Position numbers and translations under genes: made by a program. Positions 29,408 through 41,021 of a DNA stretch of 64,000 nucleotides are shown piece after piece. Source of the DNA: Candidatus Eiseniibacteriota bacterium (lineage in GTDB: Bacteria > Eisenbacteria > RBG-16-71-46 > JABDJR01); assembly GCA_942491735.1 (NCBI GenBank), contig CALOCN010000001.1:832040-896039 (forward strand). Direction: 5' to 3'. Numbering within the stretch: the first letter of the stretch is position 1; every line of letters starts with the position of its first letter. The notes beneath the pieces are model-generated. The model was not told the origin of the DNA, ran no database searches, and saw only the letters and a program-made list of their open reading frames with translations.

Positions 29408-29541
29408 AAGTTAGCAAATAACACTGGTTTATGCAAGTGAAACGGTTGAGAGTGACGAGCATTGTAATTGCAAAAACTAGCGAAATTCAGTGGTTTCTGT
29501 AAGTGGAGTGTCCGGTGCGACCCCGGGCAGGGTGAGAGCGC

Positions 29542-29597
29542 ACCCGCCAACAAAACAGAGAGTCCCTACCTCACAAGGAGATAGGGACTCTCAAGAT

Positions 29598-29610
<13 letters not shown>
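29542..29610. repeat. Direct repeat copy 2 (69 bp), overlapping the 3' end of the intact tRNA-Met gene.
   Basis: It matches 24957..25025 at 64 of 69 positions. The last 13 nt are the tRNA 3' end, reverse complement of GTCCCCGCTACCA. Confidence 0.8.
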
Positions 29611-29674
<64 letters not shown>

Positions 29675-29732
29675 ACCGAGTCTGTCAAAGAAGGTTGAGT
29701 ACACTAGGGGACGGCCGATTGCCCGTCAACCC

Positions 29733-30179
29733 CTATGGAGAGGTCGTTTCGGGAGTCGCCTCCGCTTCGTCCACCGGCCGCTCCCACCCCGAGGTCCCGT
29801 CCGGCGAAAGGTCCGGCACCAGCTCATCGTCCTCGAACCGGTAGATCAGCTCGTCCTCGTAGGCCATCCAGAACTTCTCCCGCGCGGTCCGCTCCAGGCT
29901 GAGCGGGTCGTTCTCGCGCAGGTTCACCTCGCGCAACAACGCGTCCCGTTCCACGGTGAGCGAGGCGTTGATGGCCGTGACCTGGTTGTACTCCTTGCGG
30001 AGCTCCAACCGGTGCAGCAGCCCCCGGTCACCCCCCACGAACTGGGCGGTGTACAGGACCAGACCGGTCGCGATCAGGCCCCACCGTACACGCGGCCCCA
30101 ACACCGGGGCGTCCGCACGGTACAGGCGGCGCAGATAGCGGTTGTCGGTGAGCGGTGCGCGCGAGCGCTTTGGACCCAC
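29733..30179 (-). CDS. ftsB: Cell division protein FtsB/DivIC (septum formation initiator family).
   Basis: It has an N-terminal TM segment WGLIATGLVLYTAQFV followed by a coiled coil. It lies directly downstream of eno, which is conserved synteny. Confidence 0.65.
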   Translation of the reverse strand: MGPKRSRAPLTDNRYLRRLYRADAPVLGPRVRWGLIATGLVLYTAQFVGGDRGLLHRLELRKEYNQVTAINASLTVERDALLREVNLRENDPLSLERTAREKFWMAYEDELIYRFEDDELVPDLSPDGTSGWERPVDEAEATPETTSP

Positions 30180-30316
30180 ACGACCCTCCTTCGAGTTGGT
30201 CCCACACGACGAGGCAACAATTCCGAATCAGGCAACCACTGTAGCGGGCCGATTAGCGAACGGCAAGACAGCTCGACAAGGCCCCGCGGGAGAAGGGTTC
30301 CGCGCCCCCCGGACGT

Positions 30317-32518
<2,202 letters not shown>

Positions 32519-32522
32519 CGCC

Positions 32523-33152
32523 ATGACCCGCGACGGCTTCCATTTGGACGACGAGGCCCTGAGCCGCTACCTGGAGGGAGACCTGTCCCTCCCGGAGAGC
32601 GGCCCCCTGGACGCCCACCTCTCGGAGTGCGTTGCCTGTCGTCGTGAGCTGTCCATGCACCGGGTCTTCCTGCGCGAGTTGGATCAGCTCGAGGCGCCCG
32701 AACCCCCCCCCGGTTTTGACGCCGCCGTGCTCGCCGCCGTCCTGCCTCGGCCCAACGAGAGCCTGGTTCTGGTCCGCGCCGCCACCCGTCTCTATGGCGG
32801 GATCGCCGCGCTGGCCGCCGCCCTCGTTCTCGCCGTCCTCACCCAGACCGGTCCCGCCCCGGCCGAGCGCGTGCTCGCCAGCGGTATCGCCACCGTGGTG
32901 GGAGGCACCCTCGGTTTCCTCCGCTCCGCCGGGAGTGGATTCGTTGATCTCGTGAAAGCGGGAGGAGAGTTGGTGCCCCTCGCCACCACCATTCGCTCCT
33001 TCTTCAATGGCCTGGAGACTGCCGCCTCGGCCTTGGCACCGCAGGTCTTCCTGGTCGCCCTTCTCGTTTCCACCCTTGCCGTCCTGGTCCTTGTCTGGGC
33101 GAGCTCTCAGGCTCGCCCCCGGGGTGTTCCTCATGTCAGCCTCACGCTCTAA
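32523..33152 (+). CDS. Anti-sigma factor with zf-HC2, followed by a membrane segment.
   Basis: The motif HLSECVACRREL is a putative zinc-binding motif. Hydrophobic C-terminal helices follow. It lies 4 nt downstream of the ECF sigma gene. Confidence 0.7.
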   Translation: MTRDGFHLDDEALSRYLEGDLSLPESGPLDAHLSECVACRRELSMHRVFLRELDQLEAPEPPPGFDAAVLAAVLPRPNESLVLVRAATRLYGGIAALAAALVLAVLTQTGPAPAERVLASGIATVVGGTLGFLRSAGSGFVDLVKAGGELVPLATTIRSFFNGLETAASALAPQVFLVALLVSTLAVLVLVWASSQARPRGVPHVSLTL

Positions 33153-34506
33153 CGCCGCACCTTCCACCCGATCCCGGTGGCCCGGGTTTGCGCCGTGGCT
33201 CGCCGCGCTCGCCCTGGCGGGCCTGTGGGTCGGGTCCGCGCTCGCCCAGGACTCCACGGCGGTGCAGGAGGAATCCAAGGAACCCCGTCGGGTGGTCATT
33301 CGCGACAACGACGACCCGGACCGGGAGCGCGACGCCGACCGTCGTGACCGCCGCGGGCGGATCACCATCGACCTCGACAACGACGAGATTCCACGCGACC
33401 GGCCCCCGCGCCGGGGACGTTCCCGGGCGGACCAGACCACCAAGCACGCGGACTATGTCCGTTTTGGCGAAAGCGTCACCATCGACGCCGACGAGCGGAT
33501 CTCCGGCGACGTGGTGGCCATTGGCGGAACGGTGGTGGTCAACGGGACGGTCCTGGGGGACTGCGTTTCGGTCGGGGGCGAGATCGTCCTGGGTCCCGGG
33601 GCCTACGTCTCCCGGGATGTGGTGAGCATTGGCGGCAACGTGACCCTTCGGGACAGCTCCGAGGTGGGCGGCGACGCGGTCAGCGTGTGGGGGCAGGTGG
33701 ACGTGGATCCCACCGCCGATGTCTACGGTGAGATCGTCGAGAGCGGGGGAGTGACCTTCAACCTGCCCGGCGGCATGTGGATCCCCGGTTCCGGACGCGG
33801 GTTCGGCTGGGATCTCTGGTCCCTCGCCCGGCGCGTGATCTGGGTGCTGGTCATGGTCGGAATCGGCCTGCTCACCTTCAACCTCTTCCCCACCCGGATG
33901 CGCCGCCTTTCCGACACCGCGATGGAGCGTGGCGTGGTCGCCTTCGTGGCCGGTCTTGCCGGTTGGGTCCTGCTCATTCCGGTGTTCGTCATTCTCCTGA
34001 TCACCATCGTGGGCATTCCCCTGGCCATTCTCATGGTCCCGCTCATGCCGATCGTCCTCCTGTTGGGCTACCTCGCCGTGGCGCAGGGCGTTGGATCGCG
34101 GATCCAGTCCCGCTCCGGGAATGCCGAGGGCCTGGTGCGGGCGCTGGTTGTCGGGGTGCTTGCCCTGGAGGCGGCCATCCTTCTGGGCCGGGTGTTCGGA
34201 CTGTTCGGCTCCATCTTCGACGTCATCGCGCTGCTGTTGACCGTGCTTGGGCATGGGATCGTCTTCGTGGCCATTACCACCGGTTTCGGCGCCATCCTGA
34301 TTTCCCGGTTCCGACCCGCCGAGGAGATTCCGATCACCCCGGACTATCCCACCGGTTTCGGCACCGATCCCTCGGGAGCAGCCGGGATGCCGCCGGGCAC
34401 CCTGGCCTCCGCGGAACCGCCCCGGCCGGACGCACCGAGTCCACCGCCGCCGCCCCCCCCTCCCAGCGACTCTCCCTATGACCGAAAGCCGCCGGACCCC
34501 AAGTAG
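33133..34506 (+). CDS. Membrane protein with a periplasmic bactofilin-like (polymer-forming cytoskeletal) repeat domain and a Pro-rich C-terminal tail.
   Basis: The signal peptide is MSASRS...LALAGLWVGSALA. The repeat region GDVVAIGGTVVVNGTVLGDCVSVGGEIVLGPGAYVSRDVVSIGGNVTL has the beta-helix repeat pattern of bactofilin/CcmA. Three long TM regions follow, then PPPPPPPP. Confidence 0.6.
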   Translation: MSASRSNAAPSTRSRWPGFAPWLAALALAGLWVGSALAQDSTAVQEESKEPRRVVIRDNDDPDRERDADRRDRRGRITIDLDNDEIPRDRPPRRGRSRADQTTKHADYVRFGESVTIDADERISGDVVAIGGTVVVNGTVLGDCVSVGGEIVLGPGAYVSRDVVSIGGNVTLRDSSEVGGDAVSVWGQVDVDPTADVYGEIVESGGVTFNLPGGMWIPGSGRGFGWDLWSLARRVIWVLVMVGIGLLTFNLFPTRMRRLSDTAMERGVVAFVAGLAGWVLLIPVFVILLITIVGIPLAILMVPLMPIVLLLGYLAVAQGVGSRIQSRSGNAEGLVRALVVGVLALEAAILLGRVFGLFGSIFDVIALLLTVLGHGIVFVAITTGFGAILISRFRPAEEIPITPDYPTGFGTDPSGAAGMPPGTLASAEPPRPDAPSPPPPPPPPSDSPYDRKPPDPK

Positions 34507-34712
34507 TCCAAGCGGGATCTCCCCCATGGCTTTGGGCAAAATCACCCCGGGGAGCCGGTTTTCCTGGAACGGATCCGGGATATCGAGCCTGGTTGCTTTC
34601 AGCCGATCACATTTAACTTGTTGATATGTAACGAGTTGGTGGAGTCGAATTCCTGTCGCGGAACTTGACGATCGGCCTTCGACGTGGCACGCTGCTTGCC
34701 CTTACTAGGAGC

Positions 34713-35747
34713 ATGTTCATGCCGCGTTCCGGTCTCCTCCATACGGTGTTGCATCGAGGCTTGACGACCTGCGCTGCCCTCGTGGCCAGCGTCCTCCTGG
34801 TTCTGTCCGTATCGCCTGCCGGCGCCTCGATCACCATCCACACCCCCGACGATGTCCTCGACGACTGGACGGTGGAGTCGGGTGGCCGCCTGTTCATGAG
34901 GAGCCCGGAAGGGGACGTGTGGGAGTTCATCACTTCGGTGGACGACGACGCGATCCTCAACAAGGGCCGGGGGGCGTTCTTCCCCGGCTCCGCGGTCGCG
35001 GTCCAGAGCGCGATCGAGTCGATCGGGTTTCCCGTTTCGACCCTCGACGTGACCATCTTCATTCTCCCTTACCCCCGCCGGAACCTGCTGCCGTCCAGCG
35101 CCGGGGCACGGACCATCTATCTCTCTCCCGGCGTCAGCCCCATGTCCGAGAATCAGGTCCATTCCCTGATCGCGCACGAGATGGGGCACCTGGTGCACAA
35201 CCAGCTCATGCCCGACCACGACCCGCGCTGGAACGACTACCGGTCGCTGCGTGGAATCGAAGACCAGAACATCTTCTGCTCCCACGCCCTGCACCGGGAC
35301 CGCCCGCACGAGATCTTCGCCGAGGACTTCCGCTACTTCTTCGGCGGGGATCAGGCCAACTACTCGGGCAGCATCGAGAATCCTTCCCTCGCACTTCCCG
35401 ACCAGGTGCCCGGACTCAAGACCTTCTTCCTGGGGCTTTCCGGTCTCACCGGCATCATCAACGACCTGCCCAAGCCGGGTCGTCTCCACATCTTTCCGAA
35501 CCCCGCCCGCAGCCGGGTGCAGATCGAGTTCGGCGACAACACCGCGTTCCGCGCCGGCGACCCCCTGCAGTTGCAGGTCTACGACGTCCGTGGCCGGCTG
35601 GTCACCGACCGCGTGGTCGGCGCGGGAAGCCTGCTGAGCTGGGAAGGCCGGCTGGATGACGGCACCGAAGCCCCCACCGGGGTCTACTTCCTGCGTCTGT
35701 TCTCCGCCACCCAGCGCTGGAGCGGCAAGGTCCTCATCTCCCGCTGA
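34713..35747 (+). CDS. Secreted putative zinc metalloprotease (HExxH) with a T9SS C-terminal sorting domain.
   Basis: An RBS precedes the ATG at 34713. The signal peptide is ...ALVASVLLVLSVSPAGA. The metal motif is SLIAHEMGHLVHN. The C-terminus is IFPNPARSRVQIEF...GVYFLRLFSATQRWSGKVLISR. Confidence 0.65.
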   Translation: MFMPRSGLLHTVLHRGLTTCAALVASVLLVLSVSPAGASITIHTPDDVLDDWTVESGGRLFMRSPEGDVWEFITSVDDDAILNKGRGAFFPGSAVAVQSAIESIGFPVSTLDVTIFILPYPRRNLLPSSAGARTIYLSPGVSPMSENQVHSLIAHEMGHLVHNQLMPDHDPRWNDYRSLRGIEDQNIFCSHALHRDRPHEIFAEDFRYFFGGDQANYSGSIENPSLALPDQVPGLKTFFLGLSGLTGIINDLPKPGRLHIFPNPARSRVQIEFGDNTAFRAGDPLQLQVYDVRGRLVTDRVVGAGSLLSWEGRLDDGTEAPTGVYFLRLFSATQRWSGKVLISR

Positions 35748-36426
35748 CCGGCCAGGCCAGGAACGGCTCGCTTTGCGCCTCGGCCCGTTTGTCCCCCAGC
35801 CCGCTCAGCTTGATCGACGCGTCCCAGATGAATTTGGGAATCCCCAGGAGCGCCCCGTTGTTGCTCACCGTGCCCGAGAGCCAGCTCTCCATGGTTTCGG
35901 GGTCGTCGAGGTCCATGGGCTTGACCACCGCGGTTACGTGGACCCGGTAGAGCTTCTCCCGCTCCAGGGTCCCGCGCACCGCGACCTCGATCTCGTGCAC
36001 CCGTTCCAGATAGCGGGACAGGGTGGCCCGATCGGCGAGCTCCACCAGGGTGCCCCCCGGCGTGAGCACTTCGTAGGATCCGTCCAGGGCGTCGCGGCGA
36101 AAGCGGTAGGTGAAGGCCACCGCGGCCACGCGCCCGCTGGACCAGAAGGGCTTGTTCGCCTTGCGCAACTCCACCAACAGGGTGACCGTCGCGGCGAGGT
36201 CGTCTCCCAGTCCCGGGTTGTCCTCGGAGAACAGTCCGCGCAGCCGGAAGGCGGCGACCAGGGTGTCGCCGTCGCTGGGGCTGGCGGGCGTCATCCCCCC
36301 GACCCCCGTCGTGTCCCCCGGGAGCGGTTGTCCCGGAGGCGCGACGTCGATGGTGATGCCGTTGGCCCGGGCTCCACTCGCCACGGCGAGCAGGCCCAGC
36401 ACCACGACAACGACCCTCAGCTTCAA
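35734..36426 (-). CDS. Periplasmic hypothetical protein, possibly DUF4390-like.
   Basis: A TTG start gives MKLRVVVVVLGLLAVASGARA, a signal peptide. It is 230 aa and lies next to the Omp85-like barrel and the NtrC/NtrY pair. The track ORF is over-extended upstream. Confidence 0.4.
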   Translation of the reverse strand: MKLRVVVVVLGLLAVASGARANGITIDVAPPGQPLPGDTTGVGGMTPASPSDGDTLVAAFRLRGLFSEDNPGLGDDLAATVTLLVELRKANKPFWSSGRVAAVAFTYRFRRDALDGSYEVLTPGGTLVELADRATLSRYLERVHEIEVAVRGTLEREKLYRVHVTAVVKPMDLDDPETMESWLSGTVSNNGALLGIPKFIWDASIKLSGLGDKRAEAQSEPFLAWPVSGR

Positions 36427-36466
36427 GTTCGGCCCCCCAAGGTTGTCCGGCGCTACGCGCGCCGGG

Positions 36467-37849
36467 TCAGAACGAGTCCTGCAATCGGAATACGGCGCGG
36501 ACGTCGCTGTCGGCGCGATTGATGTTCTTGGCCACGACCAGGCTGATTCCGGTGGAGCCCAGCCGGATACCGGTCCCCATGTCGACCAGGATGCGTTGGT
36601 CGAAGACCGATCCGCTCTCCCAGGCGTTTCCGGCATCGGTCAGGAACAGGGCCTGGAACGAACCACTGATGGCGAAGGCGTACTCGAGGTTGGCCAGGAA
36701 CACCCGGTCGCCGGTGATGCTCTTGAAGTTCTGACCCCGCAGGGTGCCGATCCCACCCAGGGCGTAGCGGCGTTGGGCGGAGAGCTGATCCCCGTTCGGG
36801 CCGGCCGATCCGTCTCCCCAGCCCACCAGCAGACGCCCCCACAGGTGCTGTCGGCGCGCGATGCGGAAATACGTCCGCAGGTCCGCGGTGACCTGCCACT
36901 CGTCGAAGTCCCGGCGCACGGTGGGATCCGAACGGGACCAACTCACCCGGTACCAGTGTTCCACCGTGGACCACGTCTCGCGGGAGAACGGGTCCGACCC
37001 GTGCTGCTTGCGGGGCCGGCTGTCGAAGCTCGCGTTGGCGTAGTAGCCGAAGTAGTCCCCGTCGGTGATGACCGGGTTGGGCCGCACGCCGTCATGCTGG
37101 TTGAACACCGACCAGGTCGTGGCCACGGGGACGGTCTTTTCGATTCCCCCGCGGACCCCGGCGTGCACGGTGACGTAGGGGGATGGATGGAACCCGATGA
37201 AACCGAGACCGCCCTGGTTCTCGTACCAGTCCCGGTACTCCTTCTTGAGGAAGAACATGCTGGCGCTGTTTTCCCCGGAGCTGATGACCTCGTCCCCGTA
37301 GAAGGTGGGGAGGAACCGGCGGTAGCCCTCGGCCCCGATCGTCACCTTGTTCTTGGGAGTGACCGGTTGCTCGAAACCGACCCGGAACATCCCGAACCTT
37401 GAAGCAAAGGCGTAGCCTCCCTCCAAGCGGTAGGCCGGCAGATAGTTCCGGCGGGACATGGAGCGACGCACCCCCAGGTTCAGGGCGATCCCCTCGATCC
37501 GGGTGTAGCGGGCATGGGCGAAGAAGTCCATCTTGGCCCGCCGCGGCCAGCTCAGGAAGTGGAGGTCCCGCGCCCAGCCGCTGTCCCAATCCGTGTCCCA
37601 GTCGTCGTTGTTGCCGTGGATGACCACGCGACGTCCCTTGGACCGGCGGGCCGTGGACGAGTCCGGGAGCATGCTGACCCGCACCCGGGATTCCAGGGAG
37701 GGCGTTTCGGCCCCGCTGGAGTCCCCGGATCCGTCCTGGAATTGAATGTTCGGCGAACGGGGAGGGCGGTCGCCCAGCTCGGCATGAGCGGTCGTGATCC
37801 CCCCGAGCACCACGGTCGCCCATACGACAAGAGCGATGGTGTGTTTCAT
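36467..37849 (-). CDS. Outer-membrane beta-barrel protein with an Omp85/surface-antigen-like C-terminal barrel. No POTRA domains are recognisable.
   Basis: The true start is MKHTIALVVWATVVLGGITTAHA at 37849. The C-terminal part is RYALGGIGTLRGQNFKSITGDRVFLANLEYAF...LFLTDAGNAWESG...RAVFRLQDSF, which resembles the Bac_surface_Ag barrel. Confidence 0.5.
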   Translation of the reverse strand: MKHTIALVVWATVVLGGITTAHAELGDRPPRSPNIQFQDGSGDSSGAETPSLESRVRVSMLPDSSTARRSKGRRVVIHGNNDDWDTDWDSGWARDLHFLSWPRRAKMDFFAHARYTRIEGIALNLGVRRSMSRRNYLPAYRLEGGYAFASRFGMFRVGFEQPVTPKNKVTIGAEGYRRFLPTFYGDEVISSGENSASMFFLKKEYRDWYENQGGLGFIGFHPSPYVTVHAGVRGGIEKTVPVATTWSVFNQHDGVRPNPVITDGDYFGYYANASFDSRPRKQHGSDPFSRETWSTVEHWYRVSWSRSDPTVRRDFDEWQVTADLRTYFRIARRQHLWGRLLVGWGDGSAGPNGDQLSAQRRYALGGIGTLRGQNFKSITGDRVFLANLEYAFAISGSFQALFLTDAGNAWESGSVFDQRILVDMGTGIRLGSTGISLVVAKNINRADSDVRAVFRLQDSF

Positions 37850-38039
37850 GACATGTCCTCGATCGGCCCAAAGCAACAGAGCAGCCCTGCCTTGACTGAG
37901 CAAGGGTCGTTCCAACCGGGGGCGATGAGGCGTCACGGCAAGAGCCCGCTGCGCAAGGGGTTTCGAGGTCGGGAAGGACCGGGCGCCACCGCCGGCCGTT
38001 TCCTGTCGCAGGGGTGCGACACCACGTGTCTTGGGGGAC

Positions 38040-39458
38040 TCACGTTTCGGACCGACGGGACTCGATTCCCAACCGGCGCATCTTCCGGTGAAGGTTGGCC
38101 CGGTCGATGCCAAGGGTCCGCGCAGCCTGGCTGACGTTGCCGGCGGCCCGATCGAGTTCCTGCTGCAGGATTTCCCGCTCGGCCGCCTCCAACATGCGCT
38201 TGAGCAGGCCCTCGGAGGCATCCCCATCCACATCCAGTTCCAGGCTCATGTTCATGCCGGTCCCGCCCGGTTCCTGACCCAGCAGGCTCGCTACCTGCTC
38301 GGGGCCCACCACCGGCGAGGGGGTCATGATGACCAGGCGTTCCATGAGGTTGCGCAGTTCGCGCACGTTGCCGGGCCAGGAGTGGCGTTCCAGGAGGGCC
38401 ATCGCGGGCGGGGTGATCTCCATGTCGGGGCGACCGTATTCCTCGCGGAAGTACCCCAGATAGTGCTCGGCCAGTTGTGCCACATCACCGGCGTGGTCGC
38501 GCAGAGCAGGGACCAGGATGGGGAGGACGTTGAGGCGGTAGAACAGATCCTGGCGGAAGGAGCCGTCGGTGGAGGCCTTCTTGAGATCCTGGTTGGTGGC
38601 GGCGATGATGCGGGCGTCGAAGGCGTGGATCTTGGTGCCCCCCACCCGCTCGAACTCGTTGGACTCGAGCGCCCGCAGCAGCTTGGCCTGGGCTTCCAGG
38701 TTCATGTCGCCGATCTCGTCCAGGAACAGCGTACCGCCGTGGGCCAGTTCCAGCTTGCCCTTCTTGAGCGCATCGGCTCCGGTGAACGCGCCTTTCTCGT
38801 GACCAAAGAGCTCGCTTTCCACCAGGTCGCGGGGGATGGCGGCGCAGTTGAGACGAACAAAAGGCCCGTCCAGCCGGGCGCTCATGTCGTGGATGGCCCG
38901 CGCCACCAGCTCCTTGCCCACGCCGTTCTCCCCCAGGATGAGCACCTTGGCCGGGGTGGGAGCGGCCCGGGTGATCAGGGCGCGCAGTTCCTCCATGGGC
39001 TTGCTGTCCCCGACCAGGCGGTGCAGCGCGCCCGCCTCCTCCTTCAGGGCGAGGTTCTGCCGACGCAGCGAGTGCATCTGCAGGGCCCTCTCCACGGTGA
39101 TCCCCAGGCGTTCCGGGGTGAATCCCTTCTCGAGAAAGTCGAACGCGCCCAGCCGTACCGCTTCGACCGCCAGCTCGATGGTCCCGTGGCCGCTCATCAT
39201 GATGACCGGATGTTCCCGGGTGATGTCCTCGCGCCGTTCCAGGAAGGCGACGCCGTCCTCGCCCGGCATGCGCACGTCCAGGAGGATCACATCCACCGTG
39301 GCGCCGTGCTTGGCCAGCACCTTCTCCGCCTCCGCGGGGTCCTTGCTCTCCAGCACCCGGTACCCCTCGTCGGTGAGGTACCCGGCGAGGGAGCTGCGGA
39401 CGCGGGCCTCATCATCGACGATGAGTACGGTGCGACGGGGTTCGTCCCGCGAGCTCAT
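38040..39458 (-). CDS. Sigma-54-dependent Fis-family response regulator (NtrC-like).
   Basis: The receiver domain has VLIVDDE...D...; the sigma-54 interaction domain has GENGVGKELVARAIH and the GAFTGA motif (EKGAFTGA). The C-terminal Fis HTH is ...QAARTLGIDRANLHRKMRRLGI. Confidence 0.9.
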   Translation of the reverse strand: MSSRDEPRRTVLIVDDEARVRSSLAGYLTDEGYRVLESKDPAEAEKVLAKHGATVDVILLDVRMPGEDGVAFLERREDITREHPVIMMSGHGTIELAVEAVRLGAFDFLEKGFTPERLGITVERALQMHSLRRQNLALKEEAGALHRLVGDSKPMEELRALITRAAPTPAKVLILGENGVGKELVARAIHDMSARLDGPFVRLNCAAIPRDLVESELFGHEKGAFTGADALKKGKLELAHGGTLFLDEIGDMNLEAQAKLLRALESNEFERVGGTKIHAFDARIIAATNQDLKKASTDGSFRQDLFYRLNVLPILVPALRDHAGDVAQLAEHYLGYFREEYGRPDMEITPPAMALLERHSWPGNVRELRNLMERLVIMTPSPVVGPEQVASLLGQEPGGTGMNMSLELDVDGDASEGLLKRMLEAAEREILQQELDRAAGNVSQAARTLGIDRANLHRKMRRLGIESRRSET

Positions 39459-41014
39459 GGGGCCTCCTGGGCAGTGGGGTCGGGGTGTACCGAATCGGGG
39501 CGTTTGCGACGCGGCAGAAGCAGGGTAACCCGCGCGCCCCCCTCTGCGCGATCCTCCAGGAGCAGGGTTCCGGCGTGTTGGAGCATGGTGCGCTGCACAA
39601 GGCTCAGCCCGAGACCGGTTCCGTGTTCCTTCGTGGTGTAGTACGGCTCAAGGCTCAGGTTCGGGTCGGCGTCCGGCCAGCCGGCCCCTTCATCCTCGAT
39701 CCGCACCTGGACCTGATCGGGTCGGCTCTCCACCGTGACCCGGACCGTGCCCTGGGGCGGGCTGGCCTCGGTGGCGTTCTTGAGCAGGTTGGTCAGCGCC
39801 TGGCGCAGCAGGGTGCGGTCGCCGTCGATGGTCAGATCGGTCTTCGGGTCGACCTCGACCTGGATCCGCGGATCCGTCTCCCGGAACCCCGCGGCGGTGG
39901 AGGCCACCAGCTCGCCGAGATCAATCGGGGCGAGCTCGGCCACCGGCAGGCGGGCCAACTCGCTGAACGAGGCGGCCAGCCGCTTGAGCCCTTCCACCTC
40001 GTCCATGACCGTGGACAGGGAGGCCAGGAAACGCTCCCGCTCCGTGTCGGGGAGCGACTCGGTGGCGCGCTTCACCCGGTGCAGGGAGAAGGTGATGGGA
40101 GTCAGTGCATTCTTGATTTCGTGCGCCACCCGCCGGGCCACGTCGCGCCAGGCGGCGAGACGCTCGGCCTGGGCCAGCTCCCGGCGCGAGCGGGCCAACT
40201 CACCGGCCATGGCGTTGAAGGTGTTGGTCAGGTCGCGCATCTCGGCCGGACCCTGGGGCGCCACGTGGACCACGTCATCCCCCTGGGCCAGCTTCTGCAT
40301 GCCGTCCGCCAGGGCGACCACCGGACGACTCACCCGGGCCGCGAGGAGGGTGGCGACCCCGGTCGCGCCCAGACCCAGGACGATCACGATGACCACGACC
40401 AGAAGCATGACCGCCCGTTGGTTCACCTTCTTGAGCGCGGCAACCTGGCTGTAGAGGGTGTAGCCGCGGGAGAGCTGGTCCAGGCGTCCATAGAATCCCT
40501 GGTTGAGATAGATGCCGGTAACCAGCACCTCCTCCTGGCCGGCCGGATCCCCGCGGAGCCCCACGTGGGCCAACAGGTCCAGCGACTTGACCTCGAGAAA
40601 CTCGGCCCGGGCGGGATCGACACCGGCCAGGGGCCCGGGCCCCGCCAGGAGCGGGTCGCGGGTGGTTTCGAAGAGCAGGGTGCCGTCCGTGCTGTAGACC
40701 TGGAGAAAGTCGAGGTTGTACGCGGTGGCCAGACGCTCACGCACCGCCGCCTCCCGGTCCGGGGCGTCCAGGGCGGGATCCGCGGCCAGGAGCTGTCCGC
40801 GCTGGCGAAGATCGTTCTTGGTTCGGGTGACCAGATTGCGCGCGACCTCGAGGCTTCCGGAGAGCGCCGCCTGGACGCTGGGGTTCTCCCACCGGTCGAG
40901 GGCGGAGAGCAGTTGCTGGGTCGCGGCCAGGGTGAGGAGCAGGGAGGGGACGAGGGTCAGGAGCAGAAACAGCAGTCTGAGTTGCGACTTGAGCGTGGCG
41001 AACAGACGGAACAT
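39455..41014 (-). CDS. Sensor histidine kinase (membrane-bound, NtrY-like).
   Basis: It has an N-terminal TM segment and the H-box HEIKNALTPI. The G-box is GTGLGLSLV. It overlaps the response regulator gene by 4 nt. Confidence 0.85.
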   Translation of the reverse strand: MFRLFATLKSQLRLLFLLLTLVPSLLLTLAATQQLLSALDRWENPSVQAALSGSLEVARNLVTRTKNDLRQRGQLLAADPALDAPDREAAVRERLATAYNLDFLQVYSTDGTLLFETTRDPLLAGPGPLAGVDPARAEFLEVKSLDLLAHVGLRGDPAGQEEVLVTGIYLNQGFYGRLDQLSRGYTLYSQVAALKKVNQRAVMLLVVVIVIVLGLGATGVATLLAARVSRPVVALADGMQKLAQGDDVVHVAPQGPAEMRDLTNTFNAMAGELARSRRELAQAERLAAWRDVARRVAHEIKNALTPITFSLHRVKRATESLPDTERERFLASLSTVMDEVEGLKRLAASFSELARLPVAELAPIDLGELVASTAAGFRETDPRIQVEVDPKTDLTIDGDRTLLRQALTNLLKNATEASPPQGTVRVTVESRPDQVQVRIEDEGAGWPDADPNLSLEPYYTTKEHGTGLGLSLVQRTMLQHAGTLLLEDRAEGGARVTLLLPRRKRPDSVHPDPTAQEAP

Positions 41015-41021
41015 GGTGCGG

